Source of the DNA: Carcharhinus amblyrhynchos
Lineage: Eukaryota
NCBI GenBank assembly: GCA_965287045.1
Contig: OZ336903.1
Location: forward strand, 868,001-932,000
DNA length: 64,000 nt
Reading direction: 5' to 3'
The notes below the pieces were generated by a model. It had not been told where the DNA came from, did not search any database, and saw only the letters and a program-made list of their open reading frames with translations. Numbering within the stretch: position 1 is the first letter of the stretch; the number at the start of each line of letters is the position of its first letter. The position numbers were made by a program, and so were the translations under genes. Below are positions 51,165-64,000 of this stretch, one piece after another.

Positions 51165-53560
51165 CCTACAGCCTCCACTGACCATACATTCAAGAACCTA
51201 CCCTCTCCCCCTCCCCCGTGTAAAGAAATTACCTGTTACATTTCCTTCAAACAGTCACCATTTTGCCTTCAACTTCGGTACCCTAATAATTGACGCTTTT
51301 CTTTCCCCCTGGAAAGCGACTTCGACTGTCCATTTTATCCACGACTCTCTTAATTTTGCGAAGTTCTATCAGATACCCAATTCTCCAAAGTTCAAGTGAA
51401 ATCGAACAATCTCTGCACAAACTCTCCTCACAGCTAATACCTTCCGAAGCAGATAACTGTTGAAATGTTTTCTGTACCCTATCCAAACCCATCACATCCT
51501 TCCGTGGCCAAACAGAACTGTACTCTGTGTTCTATATCAGATTAAAGTTCAAGCTAGCTGCAAAATTCTTATACTCCAGACACCGACAGATAAAGGCAGG
51601 CATGACACGTATTTTCTTGGCCAAGTGCTCTTCTAATGCTGCCACTTTCAGGAAACTGTTGGCTTGCAGTCCTGGATTAATCTGTTAATGTTTCTCTGAG
51701 TTCTGCCATTTCGAACTTTGAAAATGCGCTTTGTTTAAAAGATGAATGTTCACTTGGAAAGACATCAGTTAATTATAAATATCCAGTATGGTTTTGTCAG
51801 ATAGTTGTCATGCCGAACAATTTTGGTCGATTTTTTTTTTGTGTGTACAAGGGAAGTTCAGTTCTCATAGTTTTGTAGAACTTTGCAAAATATTTGTCAA
51901 GTTCCGACTTGAGAGTTTGATTGAAAAGGCTAAAGCCGGTGTGATTTGGGGAAACTTGGCGAGCTGGATGAGAAACTGGCTTAGTAATGGGACTCAAAGT
52001 ATTACGGTGTGAGGCTGTTCGATGGACGGCATTCCGGTATCCAAAGTTGTAATGATCAGCACTGGAACGTTTCTAGTTTATTATATTCATAAACAACATG
52101 AATAGTAATGTGGTAGGGAGAACAATTAACACGTTTGCAGATGACACTGTGCTTTGGAGAGTGTTTATTGTTTAAAGGCTGACAATGATTGGATGGTTAG
52201 AATGGCAAAGCAGTGACAGATTGATTTCTCCCTGATAAGTGTGACAAGATCACTGTTGGAGGAGAAACAAAATGAGGGAATGGCGAATGACAGCTGGAAT
52301 ACTGTGTGCAATTCTGGTCACCTCACTACCGGAAATATGTGGTAACACTGGAGGCTGTACAGAGGACATTTCCCAGAATGCTGCCTGGGATAGAGCATTT
52401 GAACAAGTGAGTTGGCATTGCTTGTTTTTTTTAAAGGATTGAATTTCATTTTCTTCAAATTATTTATCTGAAAGGAAGCTCGCAGCTACAGCAGACAGAA
52501 ACAGAGGGAAGTGGTATGTTGGACTCACAGCAAGAGGATTTGAGTATCACAATGGGGATGTTTCATTAACATTGTGCAGGGCGTTTTTGAGGCCATATCC
52601 TGAATTCTGTATCCTTACCTGAGGAACGATGCCCTTGTGGGAGTGCGGCGAAGGTTTACCAGGCTGATTCCTGGGATGGCAGGTCTGTCATATGAGCAGA
52701 TGCTCCTCGGTGAGGATTGTTTTTTATTGGTAGTTTGGAGAGTGAGAGGAGATTTGTAGAAACGCAGAAAATTCCAACAGGATTGGGCAGGGCAGAATCA
52801 CAAAGAATGTTCCAATTGGTTGGATGTCAAAAAACAGTTACGTAATTTTCAGAGAAAGGATAAAACTTTTAGAACTGAGGTGAGCTGAAAATAATCGCCC
52901 AGAGCCTATGACGAGCCTATGAAATTCACCGCTACAAAAGTAGTCGGGCCCAACAGTTGTGTGTTTTGAAGAAGAAATTTGGTGTACCTCTTGGATCTCA
53001 CGGACTAAGTGGATATAGTAGGGAAGGCGGGGTCAGGATATTGAACTTGATGAACAGCCGTGATCATGATGATTGGCAGGATAGGTTCAAAACAGCAAAT
53101 GGGCAATTCTTGCTTCTGTTTTCTATATTCCTCTGTTTAGAGCAAATAGCTTTAAGGGAGGCATGGTTTAGGTGATAGGATTATAGAGGTATAGAGAGGA
53201 TGAATGAAAAAAATAAACACCTGTTCCCTTGGTTGAGGGGCCAATAATGAAGGCGCATGCTTTTAGGATGAGGGTCACGAGATTCAGATGGGATTTGAGA
53301 AAAGGCAACTTCTTCACTCAAAATGTAATGTGAAATTAGAATGAACTGCCTGGGAAGGTAGGCAAGGTCAGAACATTTCCAAGCTTAAAACGTATTTGAA
53401 TGGGTTTGAATTATTTTAATACTCAATAATATGGGATAAGTACAGAGAAATATGTTTACTTTGCCATTAGCGATCGATATTTATGGAGTAGAAGTGGTCG
53501 CCTGAAGGCCGTTTCTTCACTGAATGAATCTATGTCCCCAGTGTGGCATTTTCTGATATA
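51165..53560. mobile_element. Cluster of decayed CR1-type LINE fragments (minus 51165-51720; plus 51900-53560)
   Basis: LASWMRNWL and FADDT-like (tttgcagatgacact) remnants, plus several 3' UTR tails. Confidence 0.65.
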
Positions 53561-53563
53561 TTT
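53406..53563 (+). repeat. ~157-bp direct duplication, copy 1
   Basis: Near-identical to 55958-56115, with only a handful of substitutions. Confidence 0.9.
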
Positions 53564-55957
53564 TCCCTTTGTGTTAATGCAGGAATATAGAAATCGGGAT
53601 GAGAAACAAGACCTGCACAATAATCGGTGATCAGGACAGTGAGTTTTATTGATATATTTTATACTTCTGAAATGCAGAGATCTGTTGCAGCCACAATGAA
53701 AGGACAACCGATTTGAAACTGGTTGCGATGGAAACTATTACAATTCAGATATTTCATTCAAAAAGTGCTGGATCCGCGCAGCAGTGTTGGTCATACCAAC
53801 ACAGAGTAGAATCCGGTTCAACCTGTAAAGGTGCGCAGCGTTCATATTGGCAGACCCCACCAAATATTCCGCATCCGAACCTCTCCGCTGAAACAAAACA
53901 AATGAGGAATTTTTTGGTCTGCATTTGTTGGTAATGAAATAGATGGTAGACATGAGAACATCAGCAATCCGAGGCGGTTGACTTACATGCAGATGAGGGC
54001 GGTTGTAATAATGCAATCTTACAAAATTTCCTTTCACCTTCATGTGCTAAACGAGCTTCCTCCGAATTTATCTTCATTATTCAAAAACATTGTTGCTGGT
54101 GACACTGAGTTATACATTCCTTTCACTTTATATTTAATATTTATTCGTTTGTGCACCTGATTGGATTTATTAGTGACTTTCTTATAATAATGCACTATGA
54201 AGTTATGTGATAAGATTTGAAATCAAGTGTCAGTGAGGAGCAGTGTGGGAACTCCAGAACTTGAGCCCAAGAAGGAGAAGGTAAATTCACCTCGGGTGAA
54301 GTGATGAGATTCGGCTGGTTATTTTTGGAGAGCAGAGTTCTGTGAAAATTTTGGGTCTGGTAACCCTTTACGAGATAAAGATGTGAAGATCGTAGGTGTG
54401 TGTGTCGGGGTGGGGGTGGGGGGGCGGGGGGTTGAGGGGTGGGGGGGCGGGTGATGCGGAGGCGGGGGGACTATGACGGAGGACAAAAAGAAAGCTGAAG
54501 AACATTGTTGAATTTAAATCTAAATCATTCAACTTTCGGCACGAATAAAGCGGTGACATTTTTTGGATATTTGTGGTAGAAAGTTGTACAAAAAAAAACA
54601 TTATAATGCAGAGTAGGAACAACCGTATTTTGGCAACCATAAGATATACTGACCTGCTTCTTCAGGAGTGTAGACGTAGACGTCTTGGACAGCAATTTCC
54701 TGCACCAGCAGCAAGACACCAAATACGATGCACAGCGCTTTCCCCATTTTCCAATGCGTTGCAATGAGATGACTTGAGTATGGGAGTTCTTTATACTGAG
54801 AATTGTTAAATATTAAGCTCTTCGTTCACACAATGTGGGGATTGGCTCCAAGTTGCTTCTCACTAAAAACAGCTCACAGACAAACAGTTCCTGTGATCAG
54901 AGATTAAATGTGTTCTCTTATGCAGGTTACAGATCACAAACTTAAAAAAAAAATCAGGTAAATGATTCAACCGGAGAGTCATCATAAAATGCAAATAGTT
55001 TGTAAGGTTAACTTGTCCACTGGTTACTTTGTCACTTATTTTCGTCATTGTTGCAGTGGTTGTTTAATCTTCCGCTCTCCAACATATTGTGTATTTGTTG
55101 TGAGGAATCGTTATGCTAAGACATCGCTATTCACTGACAAACCCACTGGAAACGATTAAATACCCCGATAGTTTGTAATATGTGCCATTTTTGTTTTTGC
55201 TGTATTCCCTGCGACACTTTGTATGTTATTTCATTGATGGCAGTTGTCGCATTGGCAATGATTTTCTGTGGGATATTCAGAGTGTGTAAAAGGCGTTATA
55301 TAAATTAAAGTCATCAGTTTTTATCATTCGTGCCTTTACATATCTCTCATTGTTCCATTTCCCCATGTTTGACTGCCCTGCCTACGTTCAGAATTCTTTT
55401 TTATTATTTTTCTATCTCCTTATTTTCCTGTGTTCCATAATATATGTTTCCTTCTTCCCTCACCCATGTCGCTACCTTACTCTGATATCAACTCTCTCTG
55501 TCCTCATCATGCAAAATTCTCTTTCAATCCAGATGTTTCAATAATTCTGAATGCAGCAGTTGGTCATGTGTTGAATATTTGCCTCTGGTGCCTGGTGCCC
55601 TGGCGCTACCCTGCCTGTTGAACTTCAGCTAACTGCCAGAAATGAGCCCTCTTATTTGTGATCTGTGGGATCAGCTGTCTGCTTGAAAACAACACAAACT
55701 CCACGCTATTGGCTTTGGATAATCTGCATTAATGACTGGTCATTTTCCAGCACCTTCAGTCGCTCCTTGATATCACGTGGACGGGTGTAAAATGGCTGAA
55801 GACTGGCATGCTGAACCCATGAAACTAATGTGAAACATCAAACCAACATTTCTGCCTGTAGATTATCTACGATGATTGAACCTCCTCCATTATATTCACA
55901 TGCGGGCCTGTCACACCATTGTGGAGCCTCCTCCCCCAGATAGTTGTTGAATTGGTC

Positions 55958-56115
55958 TTGAATTATTTTAATATTCAATAATATGGGATAAGTACAGAGA
56001 AACATGTTTACTTTGCCATTAGTGATCGATATTTATGGAGCAGAAGTGGTCGCCTGAAGGCCGTTTCTTCACTGAATGAATCTATGTCCCCAGTGTGACG
56101 TTTTCTTATATATTT
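55958..56115 (+). repeat. ~157-bp direct duplication, copy 2
   Basis: Matches copy 1 at 53406-53563. Confidence 0.9.
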
Positions 56116-56986
56116 GGAGCGCTCGCAAAACGTCAAGCCTAGTGCAGGATGAGTTCCACTAGAGGGTGAAGGGAGCCTTCCTGGAAGAATTGCAATATCG
56201 AGTGCACCACGGACAAGGTGTCAAACGAGTAACTCACGGCACATGTTCAGTGACACCTATATCCTCTCTTGTGCTCTGTTGCTCGTGAAGAGTGATATGT
56301 TTCGAATCGATGTTTGACAATCTCGGATGCTTGACCTGCTATCTTTAACATCCTGATTCGCTGAATCACGTTTAATATCTGCCCAACTGATCCCTTCACA
56401 CTGCTTTCATTGAAATTCCTCATCAACGACACCAACTACACTACCATCCGCAATCATATCCCCTTATTCCATCAATATTATCAGACATTATTTCCCATTC
56501 ACAATTCTGTTCTGCTGTCAGATATTACTGATTTTTTTTTTGAAGCGAATCTGATCTCTGGCCTTTATTGCGACGCCTCGACATTTCTCCTATAAGTGCA
56601 TCACAGTGGTTGTAGTTTATAATTTCAATTTATCTTATGGTATTTGGGCAGTTCCATTGCAATGCTGCACTTTGCATGTAGAACGGTGATGGATGCTTAT
56701 AGAAGATAAAGTTTGCCCGATTGGATGGGGTTAAGTGAATCTGTTTGTTCAATGAGCGGAATTAATATGATCCCCATAGATTTCAATCGGCGCAGTCGAG
56801 GGAATTTTGTTTTTCTTTTAAAGGGTAACTCCTGTCAATGAGTCACCCAGTGGCATCAGCGATAGTGTGAACAGCACTGACAGTGGGGCCACAGCTTCAC
56901 AGAGAGGGCAGATTCCTCAGCATATCGCTAGAAGTGCTAGAGAGATTGGACCATATCCGAGAGCAATAATTTGGACCGTTGGAACA

Positions 56987-57251
56987 ATGGAAAATAATCT
57001 CAGTTCAGTTGACTGGAATGCTGCATCGATGGGAGAGAACAGAACAACAACAATGGAAAATGTTGGAACAACAGGTCAGACTCCGAGGACATCGGATCAC
57101 AGAGTAATAACAATGGACAAGAGCTTATCTGTGGCAATTTTCCAACTTTCTACTTTTTATAATTGGATGGCACTAAAACATCGGATCCTTTGGACACTGC
57201 ATGTGATTCAGGCTGGTTACTATCCCCTCCTCGCTATAATTGGAGTACCTG
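56987..57251 (+). CDS. GPR139/142-like GPCR-4, exon 1 (heptad-repeat N-terminus)
   Basis: MENNLSS VDWNAAS MGENRTT TMENVGT TGQTPRT SDHRVIT MDKSLSV...VIQAGYYPLLAIIGVP, donor G|GTAAGT at 57252. Start codon choice is uncertain: several in-frame ATGs, and the frame is open back to 56867. Confidence 0.8.
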
Positions 57252-57899
57252 GTAAGTCACTGTTTCTATCCCTCTTACCCTCTCTCCCTCTCTCAACAAC
57301 GCATTCCACTTCTTGGAAACCTCTATCTGACCCACTCTCACTCTCTCTTTCTCGGTCTCCATCTCCATCTCTCTCTGTCTCTCTCTCTCCATGAATGATG
57401 CTTGCCAGGAAAGCATTGTTTATTCTCCGACAGAACTTCAGTATCCATAACACCCTTCATGGAGGAAAAACTGACATCGTTACATGGACTTGCTTACATG
57501 TGAGTCCAAATCAACAGCAATTTGGTCGACATCGAATTTCCCTCGACAACTCAGAAACCTACTCCGTTTCGATGACACATTGGGAGAGACAATAGTCTTG
57601 GTTTGATCTCAGCTCCATGTGCAGATCAAACACATAAATCAAATATTGTATTGGCTCAGGTTTGGATAATATTATCCTTCGTTTTGGAAGTGAATCCCAC
57701 GAATGGCAAGCAGAGGGCAACAACTTCAACACTGATTGTTCCAATTCTGCTCTCCACTCAAGGGCTTTATGTGAACAACCCAGGTCTCTGTGTTCCGGCA
57801 CTTTCTCTAACATACGTAAGTTGATATTTCAACATAGCGCTAAATTGTATCTACAATACTGTGTATTTGCAAAAGCCCACAGCATCACTCGGACTCAGC

Positions 57900-58700
57900 T
57901 TCCCACCCCTTCCTCTTCTCCATGATTCAGCTCCTTATGGTCCCGGGCCCCCAGGTCATTCTCCCGTGTTTTCCTTACAAATCTCTTGTCATTGACGGAT
58001 GAAGCACTCCTGCCTCGATCCTGCCACCATCAGATTTTCCACATCCCCTGGTTTGGCGATTCCATTCCACACAGCAACCTCCAAGTCCTGTTCCTCAAAC
58101 ACTGCATTTATCCTCTCAGCCCCCTCTACTCATCTCCTCGGACACTCCCGAATGATCTGGCACAGTGGAGAAAACAGGGCCCCAAAATCTACCAGTGTTG
58201 TTTTAATTCCCACTGCAGATTTGGAGGGCCAAAACACCAGTTCCTGCGCTGTAGTTTTCTTTGTTGTTTGTTCTGCCACAGTATCAAGGTTGCTCTCTCG
58301 CCGTACCCTTTCACTGCCTATTGTACTCAGATGGGATTGCTCCTCAGATTCCGGAATCTCTGAGACGAATCTCCCTCCCCTCCATGGATTCCTCCAACCT
58401 TCAATCAGGAAAGCTGTTTGATTATCGCCAGCGCTCCAGCATCCCTCCGCCAAATTCCCGGGCGATCCCATCACACTGCTAAATCCCTGCATCCCGCCTC
58501 GGACTCCACGCCTGGCTACCTCCTCTCCTCCACCGTTGGATTGGAAGCTCGCTTCCTCCAAAACCTTGCAGTCAATCCCCCTTCTTATCTTCGCCCAAAT
58601 AGACACATGGTATCACTGCTGGGCCTGTTGCTGTATTTATTTTTAGACAGCTCTGCCATAAAGAACAGGGATCCAATGGTTTTGTGCAGCTGCAGGGGTG
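57900..58700 (+). mobile_element. Possible decayed Penelope-like element fragment in the GPCR-4 intron
   Basis: C/T-rich segment resembling chondrichthyan Penelope ORF DNA as I recall it; no intact motif. Confidence 0.3.
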
Positions 58701-58759
58701 AACAATAAAGGTAAGGAAATGAAGGATGACCTGAGTTGGTTTGGGGAGAAGCAAAGAGT

Positions 58760-59082
58760 TCCTTCAGTGCAGAAGGAGGCCATTCGACTCAACAGTTCTA
58801 CACCGGCTACAGGACTACACAGGCCCTATCCCCATAACTCCACAGATTTACCTGTAAATCTCTCTAATCTGTGAATCCCCGGACAATATGAGCCGTTTTT
58901 GCTTGGCTAACTAACCTAACCCACACATCGTTGGGGTGTGGGAAGAAGTCAGAGCACCTGCAGGAAACCCACGCAGGCACGGTGAGAATGTGCAAACTCT
59001 ACACAGATGGTGACCCAAACCAGGAATCGAACCAAGATCTCTGGGGCTGTGAGGTAACAGCGCCAACTACTGCAACACCATA
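58760..59082 (-). mobile_element. HE1-like SINE
   Basis: ggaaacccacgcaggcacggtgagaatgtgcaaactc...ggaatcgaacc...ctgtgagg. Confidence 0.75.
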
Positions 59083-59169
59083 AAAAAGATGTTTTGATTT
59101 AGTTGAAGTTAAAATCACACTAAATGTCACATTTTTATTAACATCTCACGCTCCTCCAGACGATGTGAA

Positions 59170-59930
59170 TGTTAAAGATGTCAGCCCCCAGCTATGTTGT
59201 TTCACGCCGCGTGGTATCAAGAAATGGTGAAGACACTGGATACTGCAAATGCTATGGATCTAGATCAGAATACATCACAATGCTGAAGCATTATGTTCGA
59301 CAACTTGCAAAAGCTCGATCCCAATTTCTCCAATACTTTTTCAACACAGGTAACTACTCAGGTGCACGGCAATTTGTCCACGTGCTGCCTGAAAAAAATG
59401 GAAATCAGGACCATCTCAACTCGACTAATTGGATTCCCGTTTGCCTGTCCTCTTCCATGAATAAAATAATACAAACTTTCAAAGATGCTATCAAAATATA
59501 ATGCTTAGCAGGCATCAGTGACTGTCCTCAGTTTGGGTTTCGCCGAGAACGTTCAGCTCCTGACCTTACTAACACCATGATGCAACTCCAGAGTTGAGGG
59601 AAATGTGACTTATGTTGACATCAAGGCTGCATTTGACTCAGTGAGACATCGAAACCAGAGCCCATTAATTTCAGAGGGAAACACCTCCACTATTTGAACA
59701 ATACCTGCCTCAAAGGAAAATGATAACTTTGGCTGAACACCAAAACAAAATTTGAGGTAACCACTGCTGCTGCTGGTCAGTTTAACTTGCTCAGTTCATC
59801 CAACCTCAGCTGTTTCATCATTGATCTGCCGTCCATCGAAAGGCCCGTGATGCTGGTTTGGTATTGATTTCACAAATGTTATTTCTATTTGAGGCTCGCC
59901 ACATATTTATGGCTAATCATGTAATTTCTG
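59170..59930 (+). mobile_element. Decayed non-LTR retrotransposon RT fragment
   Basis: QFGFRRERSAPDL ... DIKAAFDSV motifs. Confidence 0.7.
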
Positions 59931-60124
59931 AAAACAAAATATGCAGACCTAGAGTGACAAGGGACAAGGCACAATCCGCGCCACATATTTGGATGAAATT
60001 AGGCATCTCCAATTAGAACAATCCAAAAAAAAATCAGTTTTACATCCTATTGCATTGCAATCACTGTCATTATTTTTTGATCATGAAATGTGAATGTTCC
60101 TGACCGCACGAGCATTTATAGACT

Positions 60125-60560
60125 TCGGAACAAGAACACAAGAAGAGAAGCAGGAATAGGCCTCCAAGCCCCCAAGTTAGACCTTCCATTCAGTTCAATC
60201 ATGATATATCCCAGCTTCAATCCCCTCTCTGTGAAATTTATGTGTAGTCCTCTATTCCTCAATCTGTCAAGTAAATGGCCACCTCCACTTTAAATATTAC
60301 TATTCACCCAGCCCCCACTACCCTTTGGGGCAGGAAATGTTGCAGATTCACCACCGTTTGCGAGAATAAATGTCTACACACCTCAGTTTCAAATGACCTG
60401 CCTTTCTGTTGTAGTTATGTCCCCTTGATCTAGAATTTTCCACCAGTGAAAATATCTCACCATCTGTTTTATCAGTCTGGCTTAAGATGTTATGCTGTAA
60501 TAAATTCGCCCCTTCACTCCTTTCAACTCTAAGGTAAACAAAATCGGATGTTTTTGTCGC
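60125..60560 (-). mobile_element. CR1-type LINE 3' fragment
   Basis: aagaacacaagaagagaagcaggaataggcc is the reverse complement of the family tail. Confidence 0.65.
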
Positions 60561-61802
60561 TCTTGAGGAAATTTAGAGTCAGCCACATTGCTCTGAATCT
60601 GGAGTCACATGTAGATCTGACCAGATAAGGACGACATATTTTCTTCCTTGAAAGACACGAATGAAGCACGTACTGCAACAGGTTCGCTACACTTCTAACA
60701 CACACACACCACTACCTGCTCCATGCATCAACATTCATTGTGGTTACAGCGATCAGAAACCAAACTGCAATGTTCATAACCACACTGTGGCTGCAAATTG
60801 ACTGAATGGCCTTCAATCCAACAGGAAGTAAAACCCTTTCAGACTCCAAATGCTGGTCCACCATCGACAGGTGCAAGTCCACAGTGTGACAGAGCTGTCT
60901 CTAGTGCAGTTCTCACAACACGCAGGTAGTTCTACGCCATCCAGAATAAAAGAAACAGCTCGCGTGTTTTCCACCTCTTCCAACGAATTGTTCTTTCTCT
61001 GCAACTGGCGTGTGCGATGGCATTGTGCACAGCACAGCATGCTCTGCAGAATCTTATCAAATCTCCGAAAAGAAAAAAAAATCTCCTTTCAAATCCGCCG
61101 TTTTCACTATTCACCTGGAGAAAGACTGAAGGGAAATGATAACATCACCATCTCCAGGTTTCCCTCCAAATAACTCTGCTGGCACACTTGAATTCCATCC
61201 ATATATGCAGGTTAATTCGAAATTAGGTCCTCTACGAAATCAAAGTCAGCAGCTTCTCTTTTATGGGCTTAAAATTGTCCAATTAAAATTTAACTATGTC
61301 CAACACAGCTCGGCTAAATGTCAGTTGAATTCATTCCTCAGAATTGAGTGTTGTTATTGGTCACTTAATGTTGAGTTATTCCTGGAAAGGAAGGGAATCA
61401 TTTCAATGATATGAAAAAAAAGTTTGGTAATTTGCCCACGATGCCTTTGGCTGTAGTAATGTTCATATGTTGCGGTTTGTTGCAGACTTTGCTGTCACTT
61501 TTCTTGTCTGCAATTAATTGTTTACATCTCAGGATAAATTAAAACAGCACATTGCTTCCAGAGTCTGTGCTGAGAAAGTTGATGTCGAATGGGTTAGTTG
61601 TTGTCAAATAGGTTTTGTTGATTGGCCGTGCAAAACTGAACCTAGTGTAAGGGGGAGTTGCAGGGTAGATGTGTGGGGTTATGGGAATAGGGCCTGGGTG
61701 GGATTGTGGTCGGTGCAGACTTGATGTGCTGAATAACCTGTACTGAAGGGATTTGTGATTCTATCACTCTATAATATCCTGATTTGTTTCTGCTCTTTCC
61801 AG

Positions 61803-62728
61803 TTAATATGCTGACAATTGGAATACTGTCTCGGGAACGATGTGGTCTCTCCAAATGTGTAACAAACTACCTGATTTCGATGGCAGCCGCTGATCTATTG
61901 GTCGTTTTTTTTGATGTGATATGGAGACAAATTCCAATTATTTATCGGGAGCATTTCAATTTCATCTGGAGCATGCGTATTTGCAACATCCACGCTGTGC
62001 TCCTTTATGCAGTTACTGACTGCTCTGTTTGGTTCACCGTGGCATTCACCTTTGATCGCCTTGTGGCAATTTGTTGCCCTAAGCTGAAAAGTAAATTTTG
62101 CACCGACAGAATGGCAACTATAGTTCTGACTTCAATCACTGTTCTGAGCTGTTGTCTGAACATATTTTGGTATTTTATGTTGTCAAATTCGTATTGGTTG
62201 AGGAATAACCCATGGTTTTGTTTTGTAACATTTGGTGTTATGAATTCTCCTGTCTGGATTGCTGTTGAATTCAGCCATAATATTTTAAACCCCTGCATCC
62301 CTTTTGTTCTGATTTTGCTGTTCAATATTTGCACTGTCAGGCACATTTTAGTGACCAGCAGGTCTCGCAGGAGACTCCGAACTCCGATCAGTGGGAAAAG
62401 TACTAAAGACCCAGAGATGTTGGATCGATGGAAATCCATAATTTTGCTCTTTGCTATCTCAGTGAATTTTATCCTGTTATGGGCAACGATGATGGTATAC
62501 TCTACATGGAGACGGATGTTTTATTTGGTGTATTATGCTGTTTGGATGGATGATTTTGTTCGGGAATTCGGCTTCATGCTTCAGCTCACAAGTTGCTGCA
62601 CAAATACAGGTGTATACGCCGTGACCCAGAGGAAGTTCAGAGAACAGCTGAGGAATGTGCTCAAATACCCGTTTATGGCAGCTGCACGTTGTTTTCAATC
62701 ATGCATATCGTGGGCAAGGAAGCTTTGA
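61803..62728 (+). CDS. GPR139/142-like GPCR-4, exon 2 (spliced protein ~396 aa)
   Basis: Acceptor ctctttccAG|TTAAT. Contains RERCGLSKC, DCSVWFTVAFTFDRL, KDPEM and SCCTNTGVY; stop TGA at 62728. Confidence 0.9.
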
Positions 62729-64000
62729 TGGATTTCTGTTTTCATTTAATTACACTATTCCAACATGGCAGGGCCAATGGTGACAGAGCAGGTAGTGTTC
62801 TGTTGATATATTTTCAGATTGTAGGGAATTACCTCTGAATATGGAGAAAAGGCTGGATAACCCTATTGCTATGGGGTCAGTGAATCCTTTTTGACAACGC
62901 AGGGTGCAGCCTTTCTAAATGGTGACAACAAACAAAAAGCCTGGAGATTATATCACAATGGGATTTGAACTGATTTAGGATTTGGTGCCACAAGGCCGCT
63001 ACACAGTCTTTTCTACCCACAGCAAGTGCAAATATAACCTCTGAAGACTGAATACAGATGGAGTGGTCCCCTATCTCCTCCAGCTCTGCAGCCCCACCAG
63101 CACGATGGGCTCCCCAAAACCAACACCATAAAATTGATATGACGGTTGTAATTAAAGAAGGAGATGGGATTAATCTGTCAGGAGCATTCGTGGAATGAAC
63201 ACCTAAGTGTATACACAAATTGACGAGAATTGTATGGCGCACAAAACATGTGCAAGCGGCATGTAAACAGGCAATTCAGCAGCAGATGTGAGGTTTCAAA
63301 ATTACACTGGGAGAAAGTGTGACAGCTGATGGAAACACTGTGAGAAAACCGTTATAAGCGTGAGGGGAGTAATGAAGGAGACAAATAATGCGGGTATTGA
63401 TATTTGTGAGATTCATAGAATGATACACTAGTTAGTTGCATTGGGATTTGGGGACACGTGCAACAAGCAGTGAGGGAGAGTGACTGATTTATGAATTACA
63501 GAATTGATTTATGGTGATGGATCTGGTAGAGCAGGGGAATGAGTGAGATACTACACTCTGTCTAGTAGAGATGAATGTATACTGTGAACATCAGGGTGAT
63601 TGTTGGCTTGCAAGTTAGCCGTTGTATCATGTTATGCGTTAAAATGAGTAACATTTAGGGAGAATTAATACTTATTAAGAAATAGTGGAAATATCTGCTA
63701 ATATACATTGTGTTCCCTTTGTGTTGCCCACAGCCTAGAGTTTTATATCCTGCTTAGACTTTATTGAATCAGTTATCTTTCATTTTAACATTTCCTGCAA
63801 GTGCATTAGTGTGTTAATATATCCAAATTGTAATGGGGGTTTACAACTGTGTAACAATCACAATAATTCCATTTTAATGTTAGAAATCCAGGAGCAATGC
63901 TGAGAAAACAAAAAAGTCAATTGAGCTGATTGTGTTTTCAGTAGAAGGAAGAAGCTTGATCAGTCTGCAGCAGGAGAGGGAAGGAGCTTGCACACTGCAG

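Noticed and set aside
62005-62439. 144-aa antisense ORF over GPCR-4 (similar ones at 6597-6791 and 45923-46168)
   Set aside because: Shadow ORFs of the conserved sense-strand codons; no independent evidence.

Overview
Eukaryotic, AT-rich genomic DNA with three N gaps. The retroelement content (HE1-type SINEs, CR1/HER1-type LINE tails, Penelope-type termini) points to a cartilaginous fish, probably a shark. Two gene families are interleaved. (1) A cluster of two-exon class A orphan GPCRs resembling GPR139/GPR142: three apparently intact genes (+ 4254-7341, - 45475-48810, + 56987-62728) and one orphan first exon (- ~324-668) that has lost its splice donor. They form two head-to-head pairs. The intact genes all have a phase-1 intron inside TM1 (GVP|xN), and three of the four loci have an N-terminus built from 21-nt (7-aa) repeats. 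(2) A 15-exon type I membrane SRCR group B receptor on the minus strand (34171 to 11903, about 855 aa by manual splicing). It has a signal peptide, 6 SRCR domains, a TM helix containing a Glu, and a long tail with YEEI, SxYxxV and YDDA motifs, so it is CD163/WC1/SCART-like. Other structure includes a ~750-bp inverted duplication between the convergent GPCR and SRCR 3' ends, a decayed SRCR pseudo-exon, a three-part minisatellite with an 86-bp higher-order repeat, and a palindromic Penelope-derived element with a hammerhead-ribozyme-like core. All gene models were spliced by eye and no database searches were run. Repeat boundaries are approximate.
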